This document shows, one piece after another, positions 23,264 through 35,851 of a stretch of DNA of 62,911 nucleotides. Source of the stretch: Octopus bimaculoides (Eukaryota). The stretch spans positions 7,311,650 to 7,374,560 of the forward strand of contig NC_068987.1 of the NCBI RefSeq assembly GCF_001194135.2, given 5' to 3'. The notes below the pieces were generated by a model that was not told the origin of the DNA, ran no database searches, and was given only the letters and a program-made list of their open reading frames with translations. The position numbers and the translations under genes were made by a program. Every line of letters begins with the position of its first letter. Positions within the stretch are counted from its first letter, which is position 1.

Positions 23264-23686
23264 AGGCGCAGGAAAGGCCATGTGGTTAATAAAAACATGA
23301 CTTCACGTCTAGTCCTACCATCAGAACCCTAGGTAAGTGTCTTCGAACATAGCTCCGCGCCAACCAATGCCTTGTGAAGCCTGTTATGTGTTTATATATG
23401 TATATACATTCATTCACACACATGCACACATACACACACATAGATATGAATGTATGACTGTCTTTATATATATATATATATGTGCGTGTTGTCTTCTCTG
23501 TATTTGTGCTCCACTAAGGCCTTGGTACCCAGCGTTGGTTTGTTTATGCCCTCATAGCTTAGCGGTTCGGCAAAAGAAAGCGAATAAACAAGCACCAGGC
23601 TTCAAATAAGCACTGCAGTGAATTTCTTCGACCGAAACCATGCAAAGCAGTGCTCCAGCATGACTGCAGTCCAACGACTGGACCAA
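23264..23686 (+). mobile_element. SINE family B, diverged full length
   Basis: aggcgcaggaaaggccatgtggttaa...ccaatgccttgtgaa...tagcggttcggcaaaag...tgctccagcatgactgcagtc. Confidence 0.85.
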
Positions 23687-24439
23687 GCCTTTCATTGATC
23701 TAATCAATGGGGATTGTCTCCGAGCTAAACAACAGCAGCAGCAGTAGCAGTAGCAGCAGCAACAGCTCAGCGACCAAACGCCGATATTTGGTTACATCAA
23801 TGCAGGATTTACGAGAGAAAAGGAAGAAGCAATAAAAAAACATCGGAGTAATTTGAATAAGACGAAGTCAACAAGTTCTAAACCTCTAAACCAGAATGTT
23901 ACATCCATTATATCACGACCGTAAACTGGGAACGATGTTTATAGCGTCTAGGTTAAATATAGTAATATTTTTCATAGGTTGGATTTGTAATACGCGCGCG
24001 CGTTTAAAGATGGGCATATGTGTGAATGTATGTATGAGTGTGTTTAAGCGAGTCTATATATGTGTCTGTGTGTGTGTGTTTGTGTGTGTAATTGTATATA
24101 ATCATTAAGCAGGTCAGCATGCGAGACTCTATATTTATGATATTGTGTGCACAGAGATATATAATATGACTTGACCACTTTCAACACACACACACACAAA
24201 CATATACAAAGAATACATATATATATAAGCTAACTGGAAATAGAGACAAGGTCCAGGCGGTAGAGAATAATGCCTGTTGTTATGTTGTTACGCTTACAGA
24301 ATTACGAGACTAAAATTTTAATAGGAGGCAATCATGCAACGTAACGAGAAGCAAGAAGAAGAGAGCGACACCTAATAGGTTTTTGTCCAGTAAAAATGCT
24401 ATTAGAAATACCATACAACATACTCATTGGGTGTCAACA

Positions 24440-24602
24440 TTGTGGCTAGGCGCTATCAAGGCCCAGTGTAAAGAAGCTCATTTTACAATCACATGATCTG
24501 GCGTTCAATTCTACGTTGGACGTGTATCGTCTGCTATAATTCCGGGTTGACTATTGCCTTGTGAGTGAATACGGTGGTCTCAAAATCTGTGTAGGAAGCT
24601 CG
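24440..24602 (+). mobile_element. SINE family B, strongly diverged 5' part
   Basis: gtgtaaagaagctc...ctgctataattccgggttgactattgccttgtgagtgaat. Confidence 0.55.
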
Positions 24603-24608
24603 TTAAAA

Positions 24609-24609
<1 letters not shown>

Positions 24610-24656
<47 letters not shown>

Positions 24657-24877
24657 NNNNNNNNNNNNNNNNNNNNNNNNNNNNNNNNNNNNNNNNNNNN
24701 NNNNNNNNNNNNNNNNNNNNNNNNNNNNNNNNNNNNNNNNNNNNNNNNNNNNNNNNNNNNNNNNNNNNNNNNNNNNNNNNNNNNNNNNNNNNNNNNNNNN
24801 NNNNNNNNNNNNNATATATATACACACACATATACATACATACACACACATATAATATTTATATGTGTATATATATT

Positions 24878-24932
<55 letters not shown>

Positions 24933-24960
24933 ATATATACACGTATGTGTATGTGTGTAC

Positions 24961-25019
<59 letters not shown>

Positions 25020-25020
25020 G
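24610..25020. repeat. (TA)n / gap / (TG)n / (GATA)n compound tract
   Basis: Direct inspection. Confidence 0.95.
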
Positions 25021-25120
25021 TACCAGCCTTAAATAGCATTACTGCGTCGATTTTTTCGACTAAACCCTTCAAGGCTGAGCCCCAGTATGGTCGCAGCCCA
25101 ATAAGTGAAACAAATAAAAA
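25015..25120 (+). mobile_element. SINE family B, 3' end
   Basis: ataagtaccagcctt...gtcgattttttcgactaaacccttcaaggc...cccagtatggtcgcag...tgaaacaaataaaa. Confidence 0.8.
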
Positions 25121-25639
25121 TATAGATATCGGTTCTTCGCTCGATTTCTCTGTGTGCCACTTTTGGAAAAGTTATTGTACGGAAACTATCTCCTGTGTAT
25201 TTATTCACCTATCTCTTTTTCTATCTATCTATCTGATACTCTCTATGTGTGTGCAAGTGTGTGTGTATGTGTGTTTATGTGTGTGTCTGTCTGTCTATAT
25301 GTGTGTCTGTCTGTCTATCTATATGTGTCTGTGACTCTCTTACGTATAATTTTCATACTTATTTCTCAATCTCTTTCAAAAACTATTTCAAGATACTGGC
25401 GTGTGCTACCTTACAACTAGTAAAAGAGCAACTTGTAAGTTATTCAATCCCAAACGATTTGATAATAATCACACATAATTATATAATTAATAAAAGACTT
25501 CTCGTGTAGTGATAAAAGATTTTATCGTTAAAAAAAATCCATTGACATCCACCATGTTAGGCTTTACAATAAATATTGCCAAAATTGTTTTTTTTTTTAT
25601 TATTATCTCTGCGCTGGAAAGGTTAGTCATTTACTATTG

Positions 25640-26352
25640 AGTGAACAGAAGCAACGTGAAATAAAGAGTTTTTCTGAGGAACAGAACGCACTGCCCGGTC
25701 CAGTAATCAAAACCGATGGAAATCCTCACTAAAAATCTTCATGGAGAACCAAAAATAATATTATATGTTAAAACATTAAAACCCGGATCTTCCTTCAAAT
25801 ATGTTGGCAGGGAAACAAATCTTTATGAAGGAATTGCAAAAAACAAATTTCAGTTGTTATGGATATCTTTTGGAAATTTACTATCTTTTTCTTCACTGGT
25901 TTATATAGAATCTTGAATATCAACTTCTACAAGACGTATTTTGAGTTCTGTGTTTTGGCTTCAAAACATGGGCGTTACATTCAAAGTTGTTTAATCATTT
26001 GGAGTTGTGTCAGCAAAAATATCTTCGTCTGAGTTTGTATGTAAATTTTAGACATTGTATAAGCGATGTCGAGGCACAAAATTTTCCATGCAATCTTACA
26101 GTCTGAAGTTAGCCGATTCATATAGAAAAAAAAGATAACCGAAATGTCCACCATATGGTAAACAATATAATTGGGCAATTGCCATACAAATCGAAGTTAA
26201 GATACAAGGACTATAATATTCCTTCGGTAAGGTGGGGGGAAATGGAATAAATATAGTAACAGGACGACAAAAGTATACTCAGCACATCAAGAAAATTTGA
26301 AAATCTCTTTAAGCACACGAGTTTAAACGAGAACCAATGAAAGAATATCTCG
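25640..26352 (+). mobile_element. Fossil RTE (BovB-like) LINE, RT C-terminus to end of ORF
   Basis: EPKIILYVKTLKPGSSFKYVG (cf. PxIxIxGxxLxxVxxFxYLGS), SFGNL, TWALHSKLFNHLELCQQKYLRLSLYVNFRHCISDVE (cf. ETWTLYxRHxxxLExFHxRCLRxIL), KLRYKD and LNENQ*K in RTE order. Confidence 0.7.
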
Positions 26353-26353
26353 C

Positions 26354-26386
<33 letters not shown>

Positions 26387-26957
26387 CCACCAATACATTC
26401 AATGCTCAACTATCAAACTAATGTTCATTCCAACGGGTTGTCTTGTTAGTCATACAAATGTAGATTCACCAAAATATGATAAAAGTAGATTACTGCCACC
26501 TACTAAACATGTCTGCCAGTGTTGCTATAACGAGACACATGGACAAATGTCTCCATGCAATCAGGATTCTGGATTTCATTCGAGTGAGAACCGATGATGA
26601 AAATATGGATGTCAGAGATATCTGCATTCCATAAAACTATATGCGTCAATGCTGTCGCAAACCAGGACTTGTACCAAATTTTAGCATACTAGAATGAACG
26701 AGGAAACTTAAAAATTCGCGAAGAAACTTGGCATTAACTCTTTCAGAAGCGACTTGACACAATTGGGATCTGTACGGCATTTCGATCTTGCAAAAACATG
26801 ACTTTTGGGAAGAGGGAATATCCTCCGGCAATTACTGCTTATCTGAGGCTGTATAACTTGAGAAAGAGTCAATTAAACGATCCAGTGTTAACAATATCAC
26901 CACTGTACAAGTTATAATAACCATTTCTACTACAGGCAAAAGGTCTGACGTGTTGCT

Positions 26958-27144
26958 AGGTAGGGGCCTAGTCGTTTACATCGATCCTAGTGCTCCACTG
27001 ATACTTATTCTATCGACCCCGAAAGGATGTGAAGGGTTAGGGTTAGGGTTAGGGTTAGGGTTCGAACTCAGAACGTAAAGACGGACGAAATGCCGCTAAT
27101 TATTTTGACTAGCGTGCTAACAATTCTGCCAGCTCACCACCTCC
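26958..27144 (-). mobile_element. SINE family A carrying a telomere-repeat insertion
   Basis: tatcgaccccgaaaggatg...[telomeric tract]...gaactcagaacgtaaagacggacgaaatgccgctaa...ctgccagctcacc. Confidence 0.9.
27033..27062 (+). repeat. Interstitial telomeric sequence, five perfect TTAGGG-frame units
   Basis: agggttagggttagggttagggttagggtt (30 nt). Confidence 0.95.
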
Positions 27145-27258
27145 ATAACAGTAATAGTAATAATGATAATAATAATGATAGTAATAATAATAATAGTAGT
27201 AGTAGTAGTAGTTGTAGTAGTAGTAGTAGTAGTAGTAGTAGTAATAATAATAATAATA

Positions 27259-27293
<35 letters not shown>

Positions 27294-27365
27294 AGGAGGG
27301 TTAGGATTCTTTTCTTTTCCAACAGTCTAATCTGTTGAGTGTGTATGAATAATAATAATAATAAC

Positions 27366-27440
<75 letters not shown>

Positions 27441-27452
27441 AATAATAATAAT
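27145..27452. repeat. (AAT)/(AGT)/(GAT) compound tract and a second (AAT)n
   Basis: Direct inspection. Confidence 0.95.
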
Positions 27453-28074
27453 GAATTTTATATTTTGCATATCTAAACGTGTCTGTCTGTGTTTATGAAC
27501 AGACATTTGCACATAATTCATAAAATGGTATGCATTAGAGCAGCCAATAAAAAGATACGAGACCAAACATTAAGACTAAAATCATAACTGATTTAGCCAT
27601 TTGACTATTATATGAAAGAGAAGTTTTTAAAGACTAAATATGCCATAATATTATAATTTCCTTCATACGTGAGCTATAAATTTCAATGAAAAGCATATTA
27701 GAAACATTCGGCGGTATATGTATTGTATTGATATGATATATATTGATTTTCCATCCAATGAAAATTGTAATCCTCTAAATTTCTGGAATGATATTTATGT
27801 GAAACAATGAATAAATATACGTGTTCATTAGAATATTTATTTATTCAAGATATACGAAATATCACTTTCAGAATAACAATGACGTTATTTACATGTAAAC
27901 GTTAAAATGTACATGATGTATAAACTACAAAAATAACGAAAGTTTACGTATTCGATATGAACATATTGCGAAAAACAGCAAAAATTTGAGCCAAACGAAG
28001 AGTTATGGTCCATTTCTATAGAGATAGGGAGGATTAGATAAAGGAACGGTGTATTTGCTAATAGTTATCATACA

Positions 28075-28609
28075 CAGGGTTATTCAAAAAGAATGAAGCG
28101 ATTTCATTACGTAATATTTTAATAAGGAAACGGAATAGAAAACTCCAGCTAAGCCACAAGTATTTACTCACAATCAACTTGTCTTACAAGTGTTCAATGT
28201 GGCCACCACTTGCAACACGGGTAAAATCAATGTGATAAGAGGATTCCTCCCAGACGCGTATCAGCATACCAAAAGCAAGTTCATTATGGAACTAAAGAAT
28301 TTGTTTGCTTGAGGCAATTCCAGAAGATATTCACATAGAAGGGAAATGGAACAACTTTGGAAAAGCATTCAACCAGACGGCCAAAGAAGTAGTTAGTGGA
28401 TCGCCATATGCTGATACGCGTCTGTGAGGAATCCTCTTATCGCATTGATGTTGCCCGTACTGCTGGTGGTGGCCAAATTGAACACTTGTAAGACAGGAAA
28501 TAAAACTTGATTGTAAGTAAATACTTGTGACTTAGCTGGAGTTTTCTATTGTTTTTCCTTATTAAAATATTGCGTAATGAAATCGGTTCATTGTCTTTGA
28601 ATAACTCTG
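28075..28609. mobile_element. Tc1/mariner-derived foldback element with ~195-bp inverted arms, each containing a transposase C-terminus
   Basis: Ends CAGGGTTATTCAAAAAGAATG and CATTGTCTTTGAATAACTCTG|TA; arms 28075-28268 and 28407-28609 are reverse complements; arms translate MLIRVWEESSYHIDFTRVASGGHIEHL* (minus) and MLIRVCEESSYRIDVARTAGGGQIEHL* (plus, 28408-28491). Confidence 0.88.
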
Positions 28610-28674
28610 TATAATATGACAAATAATATATTCCCGTGATTCATAATGATCGATATTGAATATGGAATATTATA

Positions 28675-28675
<1 letters not shown>

Positions 28676-28727
<52 letters not shown>

Positions 28728-28765
28728 AAACACACACACACATATATATACATACTTATATATAC
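28676..28765. repeat. (CA)n microsatellite
   Basis: Direct inspection. Confidence 0.95.
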
Positions 28766-29124
28766 ATTGTTATTCCCGAAAACGTTAAATGTTTTTTTTC
28801 TTCTTTTTGGAACAGTGAGTATCGAAGTAAATACGGCTATAAATAATCGTATGTACGTATATGGTTTAAGACCATTTTAAATCGAAAAAGTCGAAGGGTA
28901 CCTTTGATTTTTTTCTATCCAGAATATTTTTTCAACGCAATATTTACATGTATAGATAGATAGATAGATAGATAGATAGTCTCGACTCAAGGTTGGTTCC
29001 GAGTATAGTGTAGGTATAAAATAACAAAACGTGATTTGTGTGTGTATAGCGCACGTATTTTTGTAAGCCTATGTCCCTTGGCTAACACTGGTTAAGGTTG
29101 AGTAACTGTCGTGTTGGTGACAGG

Positions 29125-29347
29125 TATTCTTTTCTTTTCTACTCTAGGCAAAAGGCCCGAAATTTGGGGGGAGGGAGCCAGTCGATTAGATCGGCCCTAG
29201 TATGCAACAATTGCTTAATTTATCGACCGTGAAAGGATGAAAAGCAAAGTCGACCTCGGCGGAATTTGAACTCAGAACGTAAAGACAGACGAAATATTGC
29301 TAAGCATTTCGCCCGGCGTGCTAACGTTTCTGCCAGCTCGCTGCCTT
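29125..29347 (-). mobile_element. SINE family A, full length
   Basis: tattcttttcttttctactctaggcaaaaggcccgaaattt...gtcgacctcggcggaatttgaactcagaacg...ctgccagctcgctgcctt. Confidence 0.95.
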
Positions 29348-29919
29348 TTCTTGTCAGGTACTGTGGCAGTTCTCTTATGTACAGACAACGGCCTCGTCCT
29401 TTTCCTGACTGGATTGTCAACCTTGAATAATTCTTGAGTCTCCAGATCATCTCCCTTCGTCACTAGTGGTGCTGGTCTTTATTGTCGTTTGTTAACTACG
29501 ACACATCTCCTAGAGTCGGAGATAATTTTAATAAATCATCAATTTATGTTGTATGGCATTTGATAAACCTGATTTTGTCTATGTAACAGAAAAATATACA
29601 CTGAGTTACACAGCAGTAACAATAGATGTACCAGTAGGAGGAGGAATGGAGGGATGAGGAAGAGGAGCAGGGGAGGAGTTAATTCTTTTACTTGAAGATT
29701 ATTGTCCTCTTCTTTTTGTTTTCTCTTTCGCAACAGAGATTACTTAGCATGCAATATTATTTCGACAAGGTTGCCATAGAATCGTTTTTGTTTTGTCTTT
29801 GTAAGAATAATACTGGAGATTGATGGGTAGAACTTGGCGATATCGGATTTACTGAACTTGCATCAAGTTTTGTTATAGACCCAGTCAACTACGACATTAC
29901 TGTTATTCCACAGCCATAA

Positions 29920-30685
29920 GCCGTATGTATGTATGTATGTATGTATGTATGTATGTATGTATGTATGTTTGTATGTATGTATGCATATATGTATATGTGT
30001 GTATGTAAGTATGTATGTATGCATATATGTATATGTGTGTATGTAAGTATGTATGTATGTGTATAAGGACTCATGTATATATATATATATGTATGGCATT
30101 ACCATATTGCATATAATATATATATTTACATACATATATATATATACATATTGTGTGTGAGTATACACATGTTTAAATATATGTACGTATATATACATAA
30201 AGACACACACATACATATACATGCATATATATCTATGTATGCATGTATATACTCACACGGTATATATATATATATATATATATATATNNNNNNNNNNNNN
30301 NNNNNNNNNNNNNNNNNNNNNNNNNNNNNNNNNNNNNNNNNNNNNNNNNNNNNNNNNNNNNNNNNNNNNNNNNNNNNNNNNNNNNNNNNNNNNNNNNNNN
30401 NNNNNNNNNNNNNNNNNNNNNNNNNNNNNNNNNNNNNNNNNNNNNNNNNNNNNNNNNNNNNNNNNNNNNNNNNNNNNNNNNNNNNNNNNNNNNNNNNNNN
30501 NNNNNNNNNNNNNNNNNNNNNNNNNNNNNNNNNNNNNNNNNNNNNNNNNNNNNNNNNNNNNNNNNNNNNNNNNNNNNNNNNNNNNNNNNNNNNNNNNNNN
30601 NNNNNNNNNNNNNNNNNNNNNNNNNNNNNNNNTCTTTCCACAACTACTGTTACTACAACTGCTGCCCCCTTTTATCTATCTTTTA

Positions 30686-30761
<76 letters not shown>

Positions 30762-30844
30762 CTCTTTTTCTTTCTCTCTGTCTATCTACCTGTCTATCTA
30801 TCAATCTATCTGTCTATGTCTATATATATCTATCTGCCTGTCTG

Positions 30845-30909
<65 letters not shown>

Positions 30910-30950
30910 TTATCTACCTACCTACCTCTCTATCTATCTAGCTATCTATC
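29920..30950. repeat. (GTAT)n/(TA)n, gap, then (CTAT)n
   Basis: Direct inspection. Confidence 0.95.
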
Positions 30951-31061
30951 TTTTTGCCCCTACCGATCCCTTTGATCGGATTTTTTTTTTTTCTTAAAGA
31001 AAAGCTCTACAGTTGTATTTGTCCCCTCTGTGTGCAGCCCTGTGTGGCTAATAAAAGAAAG

Positions 31062-31093
<32 letters not shown>

Positions 31094-31320
31094 TTGTATG
31101 TATGTATTATGTATGTCGATATATTTATCTATTGCCTTTCCTTAGTTCCATTGATTCTGCTGCGTTTCTTATATTTCATAATCTTTTTGCTTTCATTTTG
31201 TATTTTCCATTTCTCCTTTCAGTAATACACACCTCATACTTGTCCTTGTTTTACTTCGTCTTCATCATATCCATCTTCCTTTCTTTCCTTCTTCCTCTCA
31301 TCCACTATTGCCAACTACCT

Positions 31321-31357
<37 letters not shown>

Positions 31358-31397
31358 TGTGTGTGTGAGTGTATGCNNNNNNNNNNNNNNNNNNNNN

Positions 31398-31432
<35 letters not shown>

Positions 31433-31493
31433 ATTAACTATTAGTGATGGATGCAGTCTTTGTAACGAAGATTAATTTGTTCATCCAACTTAC

Positions 31494-31686
31494 CTTGTAA
31501 GGGGTCATTTTGGACGTCGTAGGGTGCGGAAATCGATCTGAGATAACATCCTTTGCACATATTACATCGGCCAGCATAATGTGTCATCACTGACTGTTTA
31601 GCCAGTATTAAACAATACTGGTTTGACAGATTTGCGATCGAGTATTTGGTGATAGGCTGCCTGTTGCTGACGAAGTGCAAATTAGC
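31494..31686 (-). other. Candidate 193-nt exon on the minus strand
   Basis: Acceptor ctgatttcag|G, donor CAAG|GTAAGT; one frame open throughout (ANLHFVSNRQ...DPLQ), another has upstream stops then MLADVICAKDVISDRFPHPTTSKMTPYK; locally more GC-rich unique sequence; no recognised homology. Confidence 0.35.
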
Positions 31687-31902
31687 CTGAAATCAGGTGA
31701 TACAGCAATCATATCCGCTCCGTCGGTGCTGACACTACTTCACCTAACTTCATTGTCGTCTGCAGTGTCGTCTCATTTAAAACTAATCGATCAATGTGTA
31801 TAATATACGTGTAAACAATCTCTGAAGTCGATGCGGCCATTTATATGAAAACTAGAAACGAATAGCCAGCAGTGATATGCGCAAGCTCATCTTTGAACGA
31901 GT

Positions 31903-31988
31903 GTAAGTAAGTATGTGTAAGTATGTATGTGTAAGTATGTATGTGTAAGTATGTATGTGTAAGTATGTATGTGTAAGTATGTGTGTGT
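31903..31988. repeat. 14-bp tandem repeat (gtaagtatgtatgt), about 5 copies
   Basis: Direct inspection. Confidence 0.85.
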
Positions 31989-32444
31989 TAAAATTCTAGA
32001 ATCCGTTGAAACTTCTCTCAACAGTCTTGCTATCTGCGTTAATTGACCCGAATCTCCTCTCCAGCCCTGGTGTTTGTAAAGAAAATTAGTTTCATCATTT
32101 TCAGTTTATTTTCTCTGCCTGTTAACCGCTAGGATCTTCCATAAAAAAGGGTGTTTCTCCGTCCATATTTGAATATTATGGCTTAACACCTACAATGCTA
32201 GAAATAAGAGCTAAGGCGCTCATATTTAGTGACAGTTATAATTCTTCTTTTTGGTGAAACACTGCAAGCTGCTGTTTATATTAATTATATNNNNNNNNNN
32301 NNNNNNNNNNNNNNNNNNNNNNNNNNNNNNNNNNNNNNNNNNNNNNNNNNNNNNNNNNNNNNNNNNNNNNNNNNNNNNNNNNNNNNNNNNNNNNNNNNNN
32401 NNNNNNTGTGTGTATGTGTGTGTAGCTCTCAATTCATAAATATT

Positions 32445-32659
32445 CTTTTCTACTCTAGGCACAAGGCCCGAAATTTTGAGGGATGGGGATAGTCGATTAG
32501 ATCGCCTCCAGTAACGCAACTGGTACTTAATTTATCGACCCTGAAAGGATGAAAGGCAAAGTCGACCTCAGCGGAATTTGAACTCAGAACGTAGCGGCAG
32601 ACGAAATACTGCTAAGCATTTCGCCCGGAGTGCTAACCACTCTGCCAGCTCACCGCCTT
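32445..32659 (-). mobile_element. SINE family A, full length, with probable 16-bp TSD
   Basis: Complete consensus-like body; flanks tcaattcataaatatt (32429-32444) and tgaatttataaatatt (32660-32675). Confidence 0.95.
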
Positions 32660-33491
32660 TGAATTTATAAATATTGGAAATAAATACTTTATAAATACAT
32701 ACTGTAAACTTTAGTCATGCAAATCTCAATGTTTTGCAATAAATATTATTTAAATTTGGTTTCGTATCTTTGTAGAATATCTTAATATATGGACCACACA
32801 TTGAAACGCTATTGATGTTTCTTTACACAAATTTACTTCGGAATATTGTTTACTCGTCAGAGCTGAATGTGAGAAAAATATTTAACCGAGAGTGTTTTAA
32901 CATGAACTATTGTAGGTGTTGTTTCCTTGATTTCTTTTCATAAGTCAATAACTTCTTTTTCTGTGGCCTTCGTTCTGAAAATAATTATTTTTTACATATG
33001 TATATTGAATATAAATAACATAAGAAACCGATACGGGAAATCTATTTTTCTCCCTTTTAAGTCGTTCAAAGTTTTTTTTATTTAACACACAATTTGGCGC
33101 TTTTTTTTCTCGACAAAAGTGTAGCGATTATAGTTGTCCTATAAAAGATATTTTACTTTATACATATTTCTTTGTGAATTTATGTGTGTTACGATGTAGA
33201 TATATTAGCATACATATGTATGCATAATGGTATATGAAGGTATTTATACAAAATGTGGTTTAAAAAAAAGATGGTAATAAAATAAACTAGATTTTCCTGA
33301 GCAAACTAAATACATTTCGGCGCTTCACTGGAATGATTTACATAATTCAACGTTTTAATTTTTAATACCAATGCACAGTCAGGTTTTCTGTATATATTTG
33401 TGAACCATAAGATTGATCAAGTGTACGAGATCAAAAATTTACACTTTCTTATATGCATGTATGTATGTATGTGCGTATCTATCCATCTATC

Positions 33492-33522
<31 letters not shown>

Positions 33523-34163
33523 CTATATNNNNNNNNNNNNNNNNNNNNNNNNNNNNNNNNTATATATATATATATATACTTATATATATATACATATATA
33601 TATATATTTGTGTGTGTGTATATATATATATATATCCGTGTATATCTCTAGTATGAATCGAAATACAGAAATCTTATTTACCATATCACCGGATCATTAT
33701 GGGTATATCAACGATAATTATACACATACGCGCACGCGCGTATACGAATGACACTAGTTGTCAGATGAAGGCATGTAGAATTCAGGAATGAACTACACAA
33801 AAGTTATTTCCTATATATAATATCATTTTCTATAATTATTTACACAGAGATTATTCGAATTAGTAACAAATATAAATTATTTCATATATACTTCTAGTAA
33901 AATAAAAGTAATTATCTTGCTTATATATGTTTTGAAGCTAATTAGAAGATATCATATAACGACTGTTTACATGGGAGATTTATCATTAGAATCTACGAAG
34001 AAAATTAGTCTAAAACAATGTTTGTGCAAACAGTAGAACGGTATATAAAGACATGACTAATTAGCAGTAATTAGCGCGTAATAACCACCAACGCCTACAC
34101 ACACATTAATATACTCACACACACAGATATGTAAATATATATATGTATATATTTATACTCCTG

Positions 34164-34219
<56 letters not shown>

Positions 34220-35000
34220 NNNNNNNNNNNNNNNNNNNNNNNNNNNNNNNNNNNNNNNNNNNNNNNNNNNNNNNNNNNNNNNNNNNNNNNNNNNNNNNNN
34301 NNNNNNNNNNNNNNNNNNNNNNNNNNNNNNNNNNNNNNNNNNNNNNNNNNNNNNNNNNNNNNNNNNNNNNNNNNNNNNNNNNNNNNNNNNNNNNNNNNNN
34401 NNNNNNNNNNNNNNNNNNNNNNNNNNNNNNNNNNNNNNNNNNNNNNNNNNNNNNNNNNNNNNNNNNNNNNNNNNNNNNNNNNNNNNNNNNNNNNNNNNNN
34501 NNNNNNNNNNNNNNNNNNNNNNNNNNNNNNNNNNNNNNNNNNNNNNNNNNNNNNNNNNNNNNNNNNNNNNNNNNNNNNNNNNNNNNNNNNNNNNNNNNNN
34601 NNNNNNNNNNNNNNNNNNNNNNNNNNNNNNNNNNNNNNNNNNNNNNNNNNNNNNNNNNNNNNNNNNNNNNNNNNNNNNNNNNNNNNNNNNNNNNNNNNNN
34701 NNNNNNNNNNNNNNNNNNNNNNNNNNNNNNNNNNNNNNNNNNNNNNNNNNNNNNNNNNNNNNNNNNNNNNNNNNNNNNNNNNNNNNNNNNNNNNNNNNNN
34801 NNNNNNNNNNNNNNNNNNNNNNNNNNNNNNNATATATATATACATACACACACACGTATATATATACACACATAGAAACACATACATATTATATAAATAT
34901 GTATATGTATGTATATATATATATATATATATACACTAATATATATATATATGTATATGTGCGTGTCTGTGTATGTGTCTGTATGTGAGTGTGTCTGCGT

Positions 35001-35095
<95 letters not shown>

Positions 35096-35513
35096 CATGT
35101 ATCCTTGTATGCAGTGGATTAGCTCCGAGCAAATAAGTAAGAAGGTGGGTGTACTCATGAACGTACCGGTTATTATTCATTATGGATTTTATATAAACCA
35201 CCACCGAAACCTTCTTGCTCCTCTCACCACCACTCCATCGTAAGTTAAATAAACGGTAATACCTCTCACGTTTCCTGCAGCTACACAAAGATTATTTTCT
35301 TAATCTTAACGGAAGGATTTTGTGCAATGTCTTATGACGTGGCTGCCTTGCCTATGAAACAACCTGTCAAAACAAACTGCATTATTTAGATATATTACAC
35401 TTCCGAAACTATCAATAACGACTGTTTTACACTCACTTGCCTCTCTAATCTCCCGACGTATTTCTTTTTGCGTTAAACCGTATTAAAATGCTAATTACAT
35501 ACGTATATATATG

Positions 35514-35546
<33 letters not shown>

Positions 35547-35587
35547 ATTCCGTTGATCGGATCAACTGGCACCTATACATATATATG

Positions 35588-35621
<34 letters not shown>

Positions 35622-35851
35622 CATATATATATATATACACACATATATAGATATATATGTATACATGCATATTTGTATGCATGTATAAATGCAGATGCAT
35701 TTCTGATATTTTTTAGGTTATATATGCGTGCATGTGCACTTGTTATTTATATGCTAACATGTGTATACATGCATGTTAACTACTTATCTATCTCTTTATC
35801 TGTCCGTCTGTCTATCTGACTCTGTCTCTCTCTGTTATATATATATATAAA

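Noticed and set aside
26641-26880. Possible LINE endonuclease remnant (HNWDLYGIS) and the 61-aa minus-strand ORF
   Set aside because: A single weak motif is not enough to call either.
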